A DNA stretch of 64,000 nucleotides. Source: Bacteroidota bacterium. GTDB taxonomy: Bacteria; Bacteroidota; Bacteroidia; AKYH767-A; OLB10. The stretch is from NCBI GenBank assembly GCA_031421935.1, contig JANOPQ010000262.1:12649-76648 (forward strand), in the 5' to 3' direction. Every line of letters starts with the position of its first letter. Within the stretch, counting starts at the first letter, position 1. The position numbers and the translations under genes were made by a program. Shown one piece after another: positions 9,894 through 19,896 of the stretch. A model generated the notes under the pieces. The model did not search any database. It saw only the letters and a program-made list of their open reading frames with translations, and was not told the origin of the DNA.

Positions 9894-10883
9894 TTAAGTC
9901 AACTTCTCACTCAGCAATTTCATCTCTTCTTTGGCCGATTTTTTTTCATGAATGATGTTGTAAACTGCATTGCAAATGGGTAAATCAACAGCAGTTTTTT
10001 GATTAATGGAATGAATACATGCGATGGCATAATATCCTTCTGCAATCATATTCATTTCGAGTTGTGCACTTTTAACAGAATATCCTTTTCCAATCATTGA
10101 ACCGAATGTGCGATTGCGACTAAATTGAGAATAGGAAGTAACTAATAGATCACCTAGGTACGCACTATCATTAATATCTCTTTTGATGGGATGAACAGCA
10201 TCCACAAATCTTTTTATTTCGCGAATGGCATTGGAAATTAATACGGCTTGAAAATTATCTCCATACCCGAGTCCATGACAAATGCCACTAGCAATTGCCA
10301 TAATATTTTTTAATACGGCAGCGTATTCAGTTCCGAAAATATCGTCTGAAACAATAGTTCGTATATACCTGCACGTTAGTAATTTCGCCATCGTAGAAGT
10401 GGTAGTAATATCGGGACAAGCTACTGTTAAATAACTCAATTTCTCGAGAGCAACTTCTTCTGCATGACAAGGTCCGGTAATAACACCCATTCGATAAATA
10501 GGAACTTTAAAATATTGCTGCATGAAATCTCCAACAATCAAATTGTGTTCAGGAACAATTCCTTTAATTGCTGAAAAAACAATCTTGTCTATAAAGTCTT
10601 TTTCAGTAATGTCTTTTAAAGTTGTTTTTAAAAATGCGGATGGTACTGCAAGCAAAATAATTGAAGAAGATTGTAAAGCATCTATAATATTGCTCGTCGG
10701 TTTTACTTTATTTAAATCTAAAGTAACATCGCTTAAATAATTTGGATTGTGCTGATATTGTTGAATGAAAGCAACGGTTTCCGGATTACGCACCCACCAA
10801 TGAATCTCATCAGCTTCATTACTTAAAATTTTTACTAAAGCTGTTGCCCAGCTCCCTCCGCCAAGTACGGTAATTTTCTGCAT
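9894..10883 (-). CDS. gpsA: NAD(P)H-dependent glycerol-3-phosphate dehydrogenase
   Basis: 329-aa ORF with an N-terminal Rossmann motif (KITVLGGGSWATALVKIL). Length and overall pattern are typical of GpsA. Confidence 0.9.
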   Translation of the reverse strand: MQKITVLGGGSWATALVKILSNEADEIHWWVRNPETVAFIQQYQHNPNYLSDVTLDLNKVKPTSNIIDALQSSSIILLAVPSAFLKTTLKDITEKDFIDKIVFSAIKGIVPEHNLIVGDFMQQYFKVPIYRMGVITGPCHAEEVALEKLSYLTVACPDITTTSTMAKLLTCRYIRTIVSDDIFGTEYAAVLKNIMAIASGICHGLGYGDNFQAVLISNAIREIKRFVDAVHPIKRDINDSAYLGDLLVTSYSQFSRNRTFGSMIGKGYSVKSAQLEMNMIAEGYYAIACIHSINQKTAVDLPICNAVYNIIHEKKSAKEEMKLLSEKLT

Positions 10884-11088
10884 GTTGCGAAAGTAATGAA
10901 ATCCTGTTTCATTTAACTTTATAAATTGATTTACAATGAGTTTTCGCCATCAGAGCTTCTTTTTTTACATTAAAAAGGGAAGCGCTTTCCGCATCTTAAA
11001 TGTTTAAAGTTTCATCATTGTGTATTTTTTTTGCTGTTTTTGATCCAATCAATTTAATTAGTTTTACACTTCAACAAAAAATGATCTC

Positions 11089-12090
11089 ATGAAAATTCTA
11101 AAGAAAATTTTACTTGTACTAACTATTCTAATAGTGGTGCTTGCTATTATTGGTTGGATGATGCCATCTACAATACATATTGAAAGAAGCATGAATATGA
11201 AGGCTTCGACTCCTTCAATTTTTAATCAAGTGAACGTAATGAAGAATTGGGAAAATTGGAGTCCGTGGAAGGCGATGGATCCAGAAATGAAAATTACTTA
11301 CAATGAAATTCCATCAGGTAATGGTGCGAGTTATTCTTGGGTGGGTGATAAGACCGGCGTTGGACAAATGACATTGTCAGATGTAAAGGAAAACGAATCA
11401 ATTGTAACGCTACTTACTTTTGAAGGAGAAAAGGATGCTCTCAGTGGTTTCCGTTTTGAAAAAGATGGCGAAGAAACGAACGTAACATGGTATTTTGACA
11501 GTGAAGTAGGAGCGAATCCTTTCATGCGCTTATTTTGGAAAATGGGTGTTGGTATGATGGAAGATACATTCGATAGTGGGTTGAAAGCGTTAAGTGATGC
11601 AGCGGAAAAAAATCCAGTTGTTGTTGCTCCAACATTTAACATGGAAGTAAAAGTTATGCCTGCAACTGAATATGTTTTCATACATGATACAGCAAGTATT
11701 GCTACCATTGGACAAAAACTAGGAATGCATTATGGTGCATTGCTGGGTGTAATGCAATCTCAAAAATTGGAACAAACTGGTGCACCTTTCGCAATTTATT
11801 ATTCGGAGTCTGAAACTAATTGGGAGTTGGATGCTTGTATTCCAGTTAATAAAACTGCAAAAAAAGAAGGTAATATTCAAATCGGAAAATATGCAGGGGG
11901 TAATATGTTAGTAGTTTCATATATGGGTCCTTATGAAGGAACTCCTGCAGGACATGAAGCAGCAGACACATATATCAAAACAAATAATTTAGAAGTGATC
12001 GGAGCACCATGGGAAAAATATGTTACAGATCCTATGACTGAAAAAGATTCTACAAAATGGTTAACTGAAATTTGTTATCCAGTGAAATAA
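11089..12090 (+). CDS. Membrane-anchored SRPBCC-fold / GyrI-like small-molecule-binding two-domain protein
   Basis: 333-aa ORF with an N-terminal TM helix (ILLVLTILIVVLAIIGW). The first half resembles the SRPBCC/polyketide-cyclase-like fold and the second half a GyrI-like effector-binding domain. Called by eye only. Confidence 0.6.
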   Translation: MKILKKILLVLTILIVVLAIIGWMMPSTIHIERSMNMKASTPSIFNQVNVMKNWENWSPWKAMDPEMKITYNEIPSGNGASYSWVGDKTGVGQMTLSDVKENESIVTLLTFEGEKDALSGFRFEKDGEETNVTWYFDSEVGANPFMRLFWKMGVGMMEDTFDSGLKALSDAAEKNPVVVAPTFNMEVKVMPATEYVFIHDTASIATIGQKLGMHYGALLGVMQSQKLEQTGAPFAIYYSESETNWELDACIPVNKTAKKEGNIQIGKYAGGNMLVVSYMGPYEGTPAGHEAADTYIKTNNLEVIGAPWEKYVTDPMTEKDSTKWLTEICYPVK

Positions 12091-12110
12091 AAAAATTAGT
12101 GATACAAATA

Positions 12111-12136
12111 AAAGGGAGCCCATTCGGACTCCCTTT
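12111..12136. terminator. Bidirectional rho-independent terminator between convergent genes
   Basis: AAAGGGAG (12111-12118) pairs with CTCCCTTT (12129-12136), with an inner CC/GG pair. T-runs flank it on both strands (cttattttt downstream on +; ttttatttg on -). Confidence 0.75.
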
Positions 12137-12161
12137 CTTATTTTTATTTATTGACGAAGAA

Positions 12162-12365
12162 TTAATCTTTATCGCTTATTTTTTTTGTTCCTTCTTCACC
12201 AGTTCCTTTTGATGCATCTTTAAACTCTTTTATGCCTTTACCTAATCCTTTAGCAAGTTCAGGGATTCTCTTTCCTCCAAAAAAGAGTAGTACTACTACG
12301 AGAAGTAATATTATTTCAGGAGCGCCCATGCCTCCAAGAAATCCAATAAATATAGTCAGATTCAT
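12162..12365 (-). CDS. tatA: Twin-arginine translocase subunit TatA/E
   Basis: [49 protein letters not shown] is the classic TatA TM helix plus amphipathic helix. I chose the start at 12365, not 12386, because a TACCTTTG promoter box overlaps the longer ORF. Confidence 0.85.
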   Translation of the reverse strand: MNLTIFIGFLGGMGAPEIILLLVVVLLFFGGKRIPELAKGLGKGIKEFKDASKGTGEEGTKKISDKD

Positions 12366-12383
12366 TTTTAGAATTTTACAGGG

Positions 12384-12391
12384 CAAAGGTA
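12384..12391 (-). promoter_or_regulatory. Candidate Bacteroidota -7 box (TACCTTTG) for tatA
   Basis: The reverse complement of caaaggta matches TAnnTTTG and lies 18 nt upstream of the ATG at 12365. Confidence 0.35.
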
Positions 12392-12769
12392 GTATTTTTT
12401 TTAGCGGGTTCCATGAATACTATTGCTAGTATTTAGATAAACAATTGGAATAGAAAGCATTGAGTGATTTTATAAGTTGAAGATGATTGAAATGAATCCA
12501 AATTTCATCAAAAGAGAAGGTCGAATTGGAAATTCTAGAACCAATTCTATAAATAGACACCTTTTTAATTCTTTTAGTAATTTGCCCTTCAACACCTTTC
12601 ATTTTAATTGTAAGATGTATGTTTTAAGGGTTAAGTTGATCTTTATTTTCAATTAAATTGTGGTAAACAACAATTCGATAAGAAAACCTGTGCGATCTAA
12701 TTGTTTAATTTTAAGTGCAAGAGTTATTCAATTGTATTCCGTATTTTAGAGAAATAAATAAAAGAATTT

Positions 12770-13414
12770 ATGTCGATTCGTGTAGCAGTTTTTGATGATA
12801 ATAATTTATTCCTTGAGTCCATGTCATCTTTTATTGAAGAGGCACCTGGATTTTCTTTAGTAGGAGCTTTTGTTGATTGTGTGGATATAAAAACGAAGAT
12901 TGATTCCTGCGAACCCGATGTGGTCATGATGGATATTGAAATGCCTCATGTAAGCGGAATCGAAGGATTGAAAACAATAAAAAAATTATTTCCAAAACTA
13001 AATGTCTTAATGCAAACATCTTTTGAAGATGATGATAAAGTGTTTGCTGCAATTTGCGCTGGAGCCTCTGGTTACATTTTGAAGAACACACTTCCTTCTC
13101 GAATATTGGAATCTATAGTGGAGGTATATCAAGGTGGATCACCAATGAGTCCTACAGTTGCTCGCAAAGTACTTGGCTTTTTACAACAACCACCTCCTGT
13201 AGTTGCAAAAGAAATTCCCAATTATAATTTGTCGAATCGTGAAAAGGAAGTCTTGGGTTGTTTAGTAAAAGGAATGAGTTATAAGATGATCGCCGACCAT
13301 TGTCATATTAGTTACGAAACCGTTCGATCACACATGAAAAATATTTACGAGAAGTTACATGTAGTAAGCATGACTGAAGCGGTTGCAAAAGCGATCAACC
13401 AAGGATTAGTGTAA
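12770..13414 (+). CDS. Two-component response regulator, NarL/LuxR family (REC + HTH)
   Basis: The REC domain carries acidic residues (VFDDNN ... VVMMDIEMPHVSG). The C-terminal LuxR HTH reads LSNREKEVLGCLVKGMSYKMIADHCHISYETVRSHMKNIYEKLHV. No kinase gene is adjacent. Confidence 0.9.
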   Translation: MSIRVAVFDDNNLFLESMSSFIEEAPGFSLVGAFVDCVDIKTKIDSCEPDVVMMDIEMPHVSGIEGLKTIKKLFPKLNVLMQTSFEDDDKVFAAICAGASGYILKNTLPSRILESIVEVYQGGSPMSPTVARKVLGFLQQPPPVVAKEIPNYNLSNREKEVLGCLVKGMSYKMIADHCHISYETVRSHMKNIYEKLHVVSMTEAVAKAINQGLV

Positions 13415-13425
13415 TCAAGAAAAAA

Positions 13426-14664
13426 TTATTTTCTTGCCAACCAGTTCTTCGGATCTAACTTCGAAGAGTTTTTCCAAATCTCTAAATGTATTTCTCCTTT
13501 AGAACCTTCGCCTTCTCCCAAAGTTCCGATAGATTGTTTTGTGCTCACTTTATCTCCCGTATTAACTGATACCGTTTCTAAATTAGAATACACACTGAGG
13601 TAATCACCATGTCGAATAATAACAGCCTTTCCAGCTCCTGGAATGGTGATCACACCACTTACAGTTCCTTCAAAAATACTTCTTGCAGTAGCTCCTCGTC
13701 CGCTTTGAATATCAATACCATTATTCTTTACCATAATTCCTTTCAATTCTTTGTGAGGATGTTCTCCAAACACACTTGAAATGGTTCCTTCGTTCACGGG
13801 CCAAGGGAGTAATCCTTTGTTGCCGGAAAAGCTATTCGACAATTTTGCCGCTTCAGGAGTTAGTGTAAATACATTACTATTGGTGATATTCTTTTTTCCT
13901 GCCGCCACCGCCTTTTTTCGAGCAGCTTCAATTTCTTTCTTGATGAGATTTTCAATGGCACGATCTAGTTTTTTCTTGGCTGCTTGCTTATCCGCTAAAT
14001 CTTTTTTTAATTTCTTCTCGCGATCAGTAAGTTTAACTAATAGTTTATCCTGATCTTTCTTTTCTTTTTCTAAAGTTGATTTTTGTTTTTGTTCTGTATT
14101 CCGCAAACTTGTTTTTTCATTTTTCTTCTGCTCCAGTTCCTGCTTCTTTCCTGTAAGCTGTTCTTGTGTGCCTAAAATTTGCGCGGCTTGCGTTCTGCGA
14201 TATACTCCATACTGTTGAAGGTATTTCATCCGTTTGTAAGCTTGATTGAAATTTTCAGAAGCAAAAATGAACATAAGGAGCTGGTAATTATTGCGCGTCA
14301 AATAAGCATTGCGAATCATCACAGCATATTCTCTTTTTAACTTATGCAATTCCGTTTCTAAGCCACCTATTTCTTTTGTTGTGGAAGCGATAGCTCCTCC
14401 TATAGAAGAAATTTCAGAGTTAATCGTTCCAATTAATGCTTCCCTCAGTTGTATTTTTTTTCGAAGAGCAGCTAATTGTTCAGCGGTACTATTTTTATTT
14501 TTTTCTACAATCTTTAATTGCTTACTCGTAAAATCAATTTCTTTCTGAATTTTTGCTTTTTTGTTTTCTAACTCTTTTTTGTTTTGCGCAAAGGAAGTGC
14601 TGCTTCCTATTATCATTAGGAAGAGAACTATTAGGCATAAATGTTTTTTAACGACTACGTTCAA
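13426..14664 (-). CDS. EnvC-like murein hydrolase activator (coiled coil + degenerate LytM/M23 domain)
   Basis: A long K/E/Q-rich coiled coil is followed by an M23-like domain whose metal ligands are degenerate: NNGIDI replaces HxxxD and IHLEIW replaces HxH. The maximal ORF extends to 14706 (TTG). The TTG at 14664 gives MNVVVKKHLCLIVLFLMIIGSSTSFAQ, a clean signal peptide, and a smaller overlap with the upstream gene. Confidence 0.8.
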   Translation of the reverse strand: MNVVVKKHLCLIVLFLMIIGSSTSFAQNKKELENKKAKIQKEIDFTSKQLKIVEKNKNSTAEQLAALRKKIQLREALIGTINSEISSIGGAIASTTKEIGGLETELHKLKREYAVMIRNAYLTRNNYQLLMFIFASENFNQAYKRMKYLQQYGVYRRTQAAQILGTQEQLTGKKQELEQKKNEKTSLRNTEQKQKSTLEKEKKDQDKLLVKLTDREKKLKKDLADKQAAKKKLDRAIENLIKKEIEAARKKAVAAGKKNITNSNVFTLTPEAAKLSNSFSGNKGLLPWPVNEGTISSVFGEHPHKELKGIMVKNNGIDIQSGRGATARSIFEGTVSGVITIPGAGKAVIIRHGDYLSVYSNLETVSVNTGDKVSTKQSIGTLGEGEGSKGEIHLEIWKNSSKLDPKNWLARK

Positions 14665-15502
14665 AGTTCGAGGGGATATTGAATGGGAATTCTTGGACTT
14701 CACCAACTTTTAGTTTTCCGAAATCGATACTGATCTCAAGTTCTTTTTCTGCTTTTACTTTTGTCTTCGACTTAAATGGAAACTGTCCAGCATCGGTTTG
14801 GCGAAAGTCTTCGTATTCTGTCAGTAGACTTTTGTTAATTCTTTGGTCAAGTACCGACATTTTAAAAATGCGATAAAAAGTATCATTGATAAATACATCT
14901 TGAATAACAGGCTTACTCAAATCACCTTCTTCCAAAGAACGTTTTAATTTCTTTTTATTGAGGGAGCTTAACACATAAAACTTTTCTTCTAGGTAAACAG
15001 AATTAAAGCGATTTTCATTTTTCTTGTAAGCGAAAAAATTCCCGTATAATAGCGCTTGTACAATTTCAAAATTAACCTTTAGTTGAAGCAATTTATTTAT
15101 TGTTTCAAAAGTATTGACCTGATATTTATTGTGAATTCGATCTAGCATCATTACGGAGTCAGGTGTAATCATCACTCGAGCTACTTCTATACCTAATAGC
15201 GGAGAAATAGAAATCCAAATGACACTGTCTTTCTTTGCACGTAAAGTAATATTGAATGAAGTTTCATTTCCTTCTTGATTCGTCTTCACGCTGGCTTTCC
15301 CACTGATCCATTCTGCTTTGAAGGAACATGAATCCAATCGCCCCATTAAAACTTGAACAGATTCATTTTCCATTGGAACGATGGCACCAGGTTGAACATT
15401 CAATGATTTTTGTCTTGACTTACAGGATTGAATGGTTATTACTAAAATCATCAAGCCAGCCAGAAAGGGAAGATGATGTCTAATCATATAGTTTTTTTTC
15501 AC
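14648..15502 (-). CDS. DUF4292-like outer-membrane lipoprotein (LolA-like fold family)
   Basis: 284-aa ORF with a lipoprotein signal (...LMILVITIQSCKS). The TPR / this gene / M23 gene order is a conserved Bacteroidota block. Family called from memory of that synteny. Confidence 0.6.
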   Translation of the reverse strand: MKKNYMIRHHLPFLAGLMILVITIQSCKSRQKSLNVQPGAIVPMENESVQVLMGRLDSCSFKAEWISGKASVKTNQEGNETSFNITLRAKKDSVIWISISPLLGIEVARVMITPDSVMMLDRIHNKYQVNTFETINKLLQLKVNFEIVQALLYGNFFAYKKNENRFNSVYLEEKFYVLSSLNKKKLKRSLEEGDLSKPVIQDVFINDTFYRIFKMSVLDQRINKSLLTEYEDFRQTDAGQFPFKSKTKVKAEKELEISIDFGKLKVGEVQEFPFNIPSNFERSR

Positions 15503-17234
15503 TCAATTTTTTATCTAGTAATTCCGAATGGTCACCTACCTTTTTTGCTTTCTGCCAATATTCAACAGCTTCACTCGCTCTTCCAAGCTTAAATAAAATA
15601 TCGCCATAATGTTCCAATACAGTTCCACTCACTTCACTTGAATTTTGTCTGGCCTTTTCTAACCATGTTAAAGCTTCACTGAATTTTCCTTGCTTGTAAA
15701 GAACCCATGCATACGTATCTAAAAAGTTTGCATTGTTCGGGCTAATTTCATTGGATCGCTTCGACATCTCAGCTGCTTTTTCCAATTGTTCATTTCGAAG
15801 TGACAAATAATAAGCCCAGTTGTTTAATACATATACGTTGCTGCCATCTATGTTTAACGCTTTTTGGTAATATTTGTCAGAGTCTTCAAACTTTTTAAGT
15901 TTATCATAAACATCTCCCAAGTTGGAATAAAAATCTATTTGCTCTTGATCATTGTCCACTACTAATTTACTTCCACTTACTAACGTTTTAGCAGCGTCGT
16001 CGTATTTTTTATTTTGAATTTTCGCTATACCATTAAACAAATACAAAAAACTTTGATCGGGAAATAGACCCAACGCTTCTTCTGATTCTTCTTCCATCAT
16101 ATTAAATTCTTTTAGCTCCGCCTCCAGAATTAATAATTGTTGCCAAGCTCGAAGATTTTTTTTGTCAAGATTTAAACTTATTCTGTATTGATCTCTCGCT
16201 TCAGGATATTGTTTGTTGACCGATAAAAAATCTGCGTAAACAGATTGAGGATTCGCTTCACCGGGATGAGTTTGACTTAATCGTTTACTTAACTCCAATG
16301 ATTGATCCATCATCTCTGGACTCGTTTCTACTAACGGCAAATAACTAGTCAAAATTCTAATTTTTACTTCACTTGCAAGTTGATTGGATGAAAATGCTTT
16401 TTTTAATTGCTCAAACGATTCTGCCTTTTTCTCTTCACTGCGATATTGTTCAGCCAATGCCAATGCTATGCTCGGATTGTCTGGATCAATTTGCTGCATG
16501 CGTTGAATTGTCTCTTTCGCTTTGTCGGGCTGATTATTTACTTGCCATAGCTCAACTAGCAATGAATAATTATCTAAATTCTCGGGCTCCGACTTTATCA
16601 ATTTCTCTAACTCATTGGCAGCCTCAGTCACTTTTCCTAACTTCAAGTACATGCGTTGCTTTTGAATTGATAAGTCTCTCGATACTCCTAACTTCTCTTC
16701 AATTTTGTCGTAAATTTTAATGGCTTCTAATAATTTCCCTTGCATCAACAAAGCATCCGATTCGTTGAATAAGTATTCAATGCGTTCTGGATTTTTACGA
16801 TGAAGCTGCTGATAAATTTCAATAGCATTGCTGTATTTACCAGATTTCTCATATGTATCTGCAAGTAGCATAGCATACCATTCATTGTCCGGACTTAATT
16901 CAGCGGCGGTTTTGATAAAGAAAAGCGCATCATTAATTTTTCCTTTTTGATTGTAGATGGCTGCCAATTCAAACATGGCTGCATGATTCTTTGGATCTAA
17001 GCGAATGCATTGTGCAAACAAATCAGCAGCTGCTTGAATGTTTCCACTTGCTTTTTCTTTTTGTGCATCAAAAAAAGTATATGTTAAAGTGATCCGTTGT
17101 TGTTCGGTCATTTCATTTTTACTTTTGCTTGACGGAGCCGCCGCAGTACTCGTGCTTTTTTTGGCTGGGCTGCATGCACTAATTAAAAGCGTAACGCTTA
17201 AGGGAAGGATGTAAAAAAGTCGGAGTAGTTTCAT
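15480..17234 (-). CDS. TPR-repeat lipoprotein
   Basis: 584-aa ORF with a lipobox (LLISACS). It has many 34-aa TPR-like units with A..Y/F...A/L.L.P.N patterns. Confidence 0.85.
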   Translation of the reverse strand: MKLLRLFYILPLSVTLLISACSPAKKSTSTAAAPSSKSKNEMTEQQRITLTYTFFDAQKEKASGNIQAAADLFAQCIRLDPKNHAAMFELAAIYNQKGKINDALFFIKTAAELSPDNEWYAMLLADTYEKSGKYSNAIEIYQQLHRKNPERIEYLFNESDALLMQGKLLEAIKIYDKIEEKLGVSRDLSIQKQRMYLKLGKVTEAANELEKLIKSEPENLDNYSLLVELWQVNNQPDKAKETIQRMQQIDPDNPSIALALAEQYRSEEKKAESFEQLKKAFSSNQLASEVKIRILTSYLPLVETSPEMMDQSLELSKRLSQTHPGEANPQSVYADFLSVNKQYPEARDQYRISLNLDKKNLRAWQQLLILEAELKEFNMMEEESEEALGLFPDQSFLYLFNGIAKIQNKKYDDAAKTLVSGSKLVVDNDQEQIDFYSNLGDVYDKLKKFEDSDKYYQKALNIDGSNVYVLNNWAYYLSLRNEQLEKAAEMSKRSNEISPNNANFLDTYAWVLYKQGKFSEALTWLEKARQNSSEVSGTVLEHYGDILFKLGRASEAVEYWQKAKKVGDHSELLDKKLSEKKLYD

Positions 17235-17236
17235 GT

Positions 17237-18238
17237 TTAGGATTCAGTACTATAATCGCCAATACTAAGGTCTTTTAATTGGCCGTGATAATGAACGTAA
17301 TTTCCTATCAATGAATTGTCAATTCCTGCATCTTTTAATTGAGCGTGGTCTCTCACAATGCTGTTTTTAAGGATGCTATTGGTCACTTTCGTGTTTTTTC
17401 CAATACTAACATGCGGACCTACTACAGATGATTCTATGATTACATCATCTCCAATGAAACAAGGAGGAATGATTACGCTATTATTAATTTTAGCCGATGT
17501 TGCAATATGATTATTCGGATATTTCATCTCCAATACGCGCAAGTTGGTATAAACGGTTGCATCTTTATTTCCACAGTCGAGCCACTCATCTACTTTACCA
17601 GCTTTCAATATTTTTCCTTTCGCTTTCATATTTTCCAACGCATTGGTCAATTGAAATTCGCCTTTATCTTTAATGTTGTTATCAATTAAATATTGAAGTT
17701 CACTTCGCAGATATTCTCCATCTTTTAAGTAGTAAATTCCAATGATAGCTAAGTCCGAAACATATTCTTGTGGCTTCTCCACAAAATCCGTTATCGTTGC
17801 GTCAGATGTAGTTTTCACAACACCAAACTGACGTGGATCTTCAATTTGTTTTACCCAAATAACGCCATCGCAATTTGGATCCATTTTAAAGTCGGCGCTA
17901 AAAAGTGTATCTGCAAATGCGACTACAACAGGTCCTTTTAATGCAGACTCAGCACAAAGAATAGCATGAGCTGTACCGAGGGGAACATCCTGATAATGGA
18001 TACTTCCTTTAGCACCTAAATCTTCAGCAATCTTTATTAAATTCTTTTCCGCTTCTTCGCCAAAATGTCCTACTACAAATGCAATCTCTTCTACTTTCTG
18101 ATTGCACATGCGAATAATATCTTCCATCAAATGTTGAACGATTGGTTTTCCTGCTACTGGAATTACTGGCTTTGGTGTTGTCAGCGTATGCGGACGCATT
18201 CTCTTGCCCATACCTGCCATTGGAACGATGATTCTCAT
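17237..18238 (-). CDS. Sugar-phosphate nucleotidyltransferase (NTP_transferase N-domain + left-handed beta-helix C-domain)
   Basis: MRIIVPMAGMGKRMRPHTLTTPKPVIPVAGKPIV is the GxGxR nucleotidyltransferase signature. The C-terminus has hexapeptide-like repeats. Confidence 0.85.
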   Translation of the reverse strand: MRIIVPMAGMGKRMRPHTLTTPKPVIPVAGKPIVQHLMEDIIRMCNQKVEEIAFVVGHFGEEAEKNLIKIAEDLGAKGSIHYQDVPLGTAHAILCAESALKGPVVVAFADTLFSADFKMDPNCDGVIWVKQIEDPRQFGVVKTTSDATITDFVEKPQEYVSDLAIIGIYYLKDGEYLRSELQYLIDNNIKDKGEFQLTNALENMKAKGKILKAGKVDEWLDCGNKDATVYTNLRVLEMKYPNNHIATSAKINNSVIIPPCFIGDDVIIESSVVGPHVSIGKNTKVTNSILKNSIVRDHAQLKDAGIDNSLIGNYVHYHGQLKDLSIGDYSTES

Positions 18239-18313
18239 AGAATTTATTTAATATTAAATTACCTAATTGTTTATTTTAAAAGAAAAATTATTTTAAATTG
18301 TTAGTCGTTAATT

Positions 18314-18745
18314 TTATTTTCCAGTAGAACCAAATCCTCCTGCTCCTCTTTCGCTTTCTTCCAATTGTTTTGATTCTTTCCATACAACTCTTTCATGTTT
18401 CGCAATAACCATCTGAGCAATGCGCTCTCCATCATTAATTACAAATTCTTTTTTGCCATGATTTATTAAAATCACTTTAATTTCCCCTCTATAATCGGCA
18501 TCTACAGTCCCTGGACTATTTAAAACGGTAATTCCATTTTTGGCTGCTAATCCACTTCTAGGACGTATTTGAGCTTCAAACCCAATGGGTAATTCCATGA
18601 AAAGTCCGGTTGGAATAATCACAGTATCAGAAGGTTGAATTGAAATGGGCGAGTCTAAATTAGCCTTCAAATCCATCCCTGCTGATGCAATTGTTTCATA
18701 AGCAGGCAAAGGATGATGGCTTTGGTTGATGATTTTTACTTCCAT
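18314..18745 (-). CDS. dut: dUTP diphosphatase
   Basis: 143 aa with motifs [22 protein letters not shown] and GERIAQ, typical of trimeric dUTPase. Confidence 0.92.
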   Translation of the reverse strand: MEVKIINQSHHPLPAYETIASAGMDLKANLDSPISIQPSDTVIIPTGLFMELPIGFEAQIRPRSGLAAKNGITVLNSPGTVDADYRGEIKVILINHGKKEFVINDGERIAQMVIAKHERVVWKESKQLEESERGAGGFGSTGK

Positions 18746-19151
18746 GTTGTGGAGCGAAATTAACGTTTTTACACGCCCCTCAGTAATATATTCGAGGTGT
18801 TTATCCTGCCCAAATTGTTAAAAAAATGAATCGATGGTATCACTTAATCACTGTAACACTCTTAGAATTTGGTAGTCAAATTATCTTTTGTATTAGTTTC
18901 GACTGTAAGAATAAGTGTAAATCTCCTTCGATTTTGCTGTAACTATTCGTAATTCAATACGTATATCATGCGCGAGACAGTTTTTGAGTTTGTTCAATGT
19001 GTTTAAAATCAATATTTTACAATCTATCTTTTTTCTGATGATTTTTTTATTAGATGTGAGGAATCGCCAAGTATTGTAACCTTATCGAGTGAAATTGAGT
19101 TTAATTACGCATGTGCTGTTGCTCTGTGTTGACGCCTCTAACCGACTTACC

Positions 19152-19895
19152 ATGAAATTAACTTCAAATTTTTTACTCAAAATTGCCACCATGGGTGTGA
19201 CAGGATTAATCATCCTTTTGCTCTTCAGCTCCTGCAATAAGTACGCCTTGTACCAAACCAATGCGACCAAAACGTCGAAAGGTTCTACCAGTGAGATTTC
19301 AGAGAAAGTTTTATCAACAGGTGATAAGATTTCACTTAGTGTTTGGGGTCATGATGAATTGAGCGTCGGTTCTGTTCATAGCGTTTATAGCATTCCCGAA
19401 GAAGCAGGAAAGTGGTTACAGATTGATGAAAATGGAGATGCGAATTTACCTCAAATTGGAAAAGTAAAATTGGAAGGATTGACCTTGTTAAAAGCAGAAG
19501 AAAAGTTGGTGAATTTATATAGTCAATTTATTCAAAAGCCAATTTTGAATTTGCGTTTGCTAAGTAATCAAGTTACAGTGCTCGGAGAAGTACAAAGTCC
19601 AGGAAATTATGTTTTCCATACGGATCAAGTTCGTTTGGTGGATATGATTGGTAAAGCAAATGGATTTACAGATTATGCAAAAACAACCGACATTAAAATT
19701 ATTCGTGGGATTGAAACGATAAGAGTGGATCTGACAAAAGCAGCAAGCAACGAAGTGATGGTAACATCACGCGATGTAATATATGTAGGTCCAGGAAGAA
19801 ATAAATCATTTGATCGCATCGCTTCAAAGTTGATTCCATTAGCGAGTTTACTCACTGCCTTAGCGCTAGTATATAACGTATCCGTAAGTAAATAA
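19152..19895 (+). CDS. wza: Polysaccharide export outer-membrane lipoprotein (Wza-like)
   Basis: Starting at the ATG at 19152 gives MKLTSNFLLKIATMGVTGLIILLLFSSCNKY (lipobox). Poly_export/SLBB-like patterns follow (GDKISLSVWGHDEL, VTVLGEVQSPGNY). The ORF-track start at 19089 adds 21 unlikely residues. Confidence 0.85.
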   Translation: MKLTSNFLLKIATMGVTGLIILLLFSSCNKYALYQTNATKTSKGSTSEISEKVLSTGDKISLSVWGHDELSVGSVHSVYSIPEEAGKWLQIDENGDANLPQIGKVKLEGLTLLKAEEKLVNLYSQFIQKPILNLRLLSNQVTVLGEVQSPGNYVFHTDQVRLVDMIGKANGFTDYAKTTDIKIIRGIETIRVDLTKAASNEVMVTSRDVIYVGPGRNKSFDRIASKLIPLASLLTALALVYNVSVSK

Positions 19896-19896
19896 T

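Noticed and set aside
11331-11708. 125-aa antisense ORF. The same class includes 10522-10740, 13781-14053, 14309-14548, 16373-16720, 29301-29648, 43503-43834, 52464-52775 and 53866-54171.
   Set aside because: All are embedded antisense or off-frame within longer ORFs that carry clear family motifs. They are typical spurious ORFs in AT-rich DNA.
19089-19151. Longer N-terminal extensions given by the ORF track (also 27266, 29332, 30074, 40199, 45279, 53738, 61854 and 12386)
   Set aside because: The extensions use TTG/GTG starts or overlap upstream genes, and they precede an internal ATG that yields a proper signal peptide or a tight junction. I used the internal starts, and the uncertainty is noted in the features.
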